A DNA stretch of 63,650 nt, filler included, from Salisapilia sapeloensis CBS 127946 (lineage: Eukaryota; Protista; Oomycota), in assembly GCA_023334545.1 (NCBI GenBank). It is 8 parts of 8 records of this genome, joined end to end, with 100 filler letters (N's around TTAATTAATTAA, not from the genome) between each part and the next. Parts side by side here need not be neighbours in the genome. Positions count along the whole stretch, not along the records: positions 59,353 to 63,650 come from JAADVB010000679.1; 7 more parts are not named here. The stretch is one strand, 5' to 3'. Below, in pieces: positions 60,780-63,650 of this stretch. A program made the translations under genes and the position numbers. The notes beneath the pieces were generated by a model. It was not told the origin of the DNA. It ran no database searches and worked only from the letters and a program-made list of their open reading frames with translations. Position 1 is the first letter of the stretch. Every line of letters starts with the position of its first letter.

Positions 60780-63320
60780 GTTACAGGCATACATTTTGTC
60801 CTAGGATAAAATTTAAGCTAAATTTAATGTAGCAGCACAGTACGCGGATACGAATCAAATCATTTATCACAAAGTATATAAGGCTATATAGTAATCCAGA
60901 ATGTAAAACAATATAAAACATTTAAGAATAATTTTACGTTACCAATTTTTCACGGACGTTAGCATAAATTTTATTCTATAAAGTGTTAATGCTATTAATT
61001 GTAAATAAAACTAAAAATACAATAAATAACAAAAGATTAAAACCATACCATTTAAAAAGATAAAGGATTTAAGAAAAACAAAATAAACTAAAACATTTCA
61101 ATTTAAAAAATTGCCCAAAAACAAACCAAAAGCAAAAACAAAGATGAAGTTAAAGTGATATTATCCTACAAATCTTTTTACACAAGGCTTTTACTATAAA
61201 CTTATCGTCAGTGTATTTTTGTTAACATTCAGATTGACTACGCTTTACTATAAAAACGGATTGTTACAAAATTGCTAGTCTTGTTACAGATTATATAGGT
61301 AGATTGCTTGTCCCAAGTATACATCAAGGTATCACTTATAGTTACGAACAAAAAAGCTTCCAAATAAAATTGTTTGCAAAATACTACTTTAAATTTATAA
61401 TAACAAAAACTTGTAAACAGATTTTGTAAAAATTCATTATCATAACTTTTTGCATTCAAACGTTTTACAAATAGAAAATACATTTCAATACCATAAAAAC
61501 ACATTGCAAACAACAATATTTTCTTGTTTTACAAAACTCGTGCTGTTTCATTATTTTTATAATAAAAGCATCAGATTTGTAAAGACGACAATTAACACAT
61601 TAAATAAAGCTCATACATAACGTTCTAACCAAAACTTTTATGTAAAGATCAACCTAGCTAAAAAAATTGTTTTAAATACCATAATATACAAATTTAATGT
61701 AATATAAAGAACGACTCAAAAATGTTTCATTATATAATTTTTTGAAATGAGGTAAAGATACGAAAATAATATAACTTTAAAAGCTTTTTTCATAGATTGT
61801 ACAACAGTTACTTGTTTGGTCTCCGAATTTGTGTATAATCAACAATGTCAACTACTGGACAATACAATCGAAATCTACATCAAACCTATCAATATATCAA
61901 TTTGTTTTACTTATAATATAAACATTTAAGTTGTGTGTTGTAGAAATACTTTTTAAACATAATTTGCTTTTTCAAAACTTTTTATTTAATACTAGATGCA
62001 CACACATATTTAAGACATAAAAAATCTTTCTGGTTTAAAAACATGATTTTAATATATTAAATTGTTTAATATAACAACAAAGAAGGATAATATTTTTTCA
62101 TCACTATTAAAGTTGTTTAAATTTAAATATATGACAATCATAAGATAAATGCTTTATAGCAAATTATTGAGAAAAATTTCACGTATATACTTGTAAAACT
62201 AAAAATCTTTAGTACAGAAAAGCTTATTTTATAATAAAAAAACCTTATTTGTGTAAATAAAAATTATTTTCTAAAATTTTGTTATTGTAAAGATATATGA
62301 TATACACTATTTTTATTTTGCAAATTTTTACATTTTAAAAAAGTAACGTGTTCGCTGATGCCTTGTTTTATTCTAAAGTATACATACCTTCGTTGATTGT
62401 AAAATATTACATGACTTAAAAGTTTATTTTTAAATATTATTACTGTAAGAGGTATATTATGTTATTATGCTTTAAAAAGATAAAATCAAACTGTCAGTAT
62501 ATTAACTTCATAGTACGTGATAATTTTTTGTGTATATAAATACTGTGATTAGAATCTTTCTTAACAGACTATGTATTAATATGTCAACCTATAACGATTT
62601 TCAAAAATACGTTGTGCATGCAAACAAAATTTCTTCAACATTTGTGATATTTCTAAATAATTTTATTTTTTAAATCTTTTACCTTTGTATTAATGCTTAA
62701 AAATTTAAAGCAATAAAATGTTGTATATTATAATTTTTTTTGTTTGCTAAATATTTTGTTTACAAACCTAAATAGCTATAAATCTATGTATTTTGTTGGT
62801 TACCTGAAAGCAGGGTGAAATTATAGTAAAGTATTGATATGTTTTTCGGTTTTAGGTAATAGCCAAGCAAGCACTAAGAAATATGTATTAAAGTATTAAA
62901 TAGTTTAACTATAAATAAGTTTTTTGACATAAAACTTTGTATATTGAAATATTATTGTATTTTTTCACATATTTGCATTTTAACTGTATAGCTGTGAAAG
63001 TAGGTCATATATGTATGAAAATAAGACAATCTATCTTTGTTACATCTTTGATAACTTGTGTTACTTATGCTTGTAAATATACAACCTATACGTTGGTAGT
63101 AAACAAAATCAATTCTTTTATTTTATGTTAGATTGACTATTTTGTGTTCTTACTACCTTTTATAAAATGCCTATCATACGTATGTTTGTTCTTGGCAAAG
63201 CAGTGACAAAGCTTTCTAAGAAACAAATATAATCTACACATTTCAGGGTTCGTTTTATTTCTTAATTAAACTAGAGAAAAATTTTGAATTGTCATTAAAG
63301 TCACAAACTTGAATTTTTTG
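60780..63320. other. AT-rich non-coding island of about 2.5 kb
   Basis: GC drops to about 20-25% by eye, with A/T runs and no credible ORF. It is contiguous (no linker) with a GC-rich gene at the right. Boundaries are approximate. Confidence 0.8.
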
Positions 63321-63650
63321 ACATTGTTCTTCTGCTTAGGATTGACGTTGTTACGTTTGTCATCGCGCTGGCACTTTCTAACTGTCACTTCATTTTCCAT
63401 GCAGTCGTTCGGAACACCCGGATGCGTTGGCGTCTCTTTGCCGTTCGGCAGACCTCCAGCAGTAGCAATCCAGGTACAGCACGGATCACCGAGCTCTTCG
63501 CCATTTGTCACTCCATCGTCGTCCGAGTCCGCCTCGCACAGCTCCGTAGTCCACTCCAGTCCCGTGGCTTGGAAGGCTCGTCCAAAGACGTTTAAAGCAC
63601 CTCCGCCATTGGTATCGCTATGGCCAAGAGCAGCGACGCCTTCTACGTGG
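63266..63650 (-). CDS. 3' part of a temptin-like Cys-rich domain protein (5' end outside window)
   Basis: LGHSDTNGGGALNVFGRAFQATGLEWTTELCEADSDDDGVTNGEELGDPCCTW...THPG. Confidence 0.7.
   Translation of the reverse strand, partial: HVEGVAALGHSDTNGGGALNVFGRAFQATGLEWTTELCEADSDDDGVTNGEELGDPCCTWIATAGGLPNGKETPTHPGVPNDCMENEVTVRKCQRDDKRNNVNPKQKNNVKKFKFVTLMTIQNFSLV

Overview
Eukaryotic, almost certainly oomycete (stramenopile), nuclear DNA. Support: short GT-AG introns, INR+FPR core promoters, and GH6, GH72, START-FYVE, RWP-RK, GT71-like and temptin-like genes. The window is eight contig pieces joined by seven artificial 100-bp linkers (N44-TTAATTAATTAA-N44), so adjacency across linkers is unproven. 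Gene-dense blocks carry housekeeping genes (ADE1, RAB28, RPLP2, RPL22, trehalase, PDPK1, FARSA, mitochondrial carrier, CDF transporter, Cyc8-like TPR, PPAN, PCCA, NAT10, Ub-eS30) and secreted-protein genes (GH72, GH6, trypsin-fold homolog, temptin-like). There are five tRNA genes (Gly-GCC, 2x Glu-TTC, 2x Glu-CTC), a decayed Tc3-like transposon and several pseudogenes. The most unusual items are: (i) a 2.47-kb ORF-free AT-rich contig bounded by 141-bp perfect inverted repeats, plus a second AT-rich island of similar size; (ii) a WDR19/IFT144-type propeller-only gene ending in a hydrophobic segment; (iii) a mitochondrial lipoyl-like domain lacking the lipoylated lysine; (iv) a long structured RPL22 intron; (v) a broken zinc-finger + HNH-like gene. 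All family calls come from motif recognition by eye; no database searches were run.
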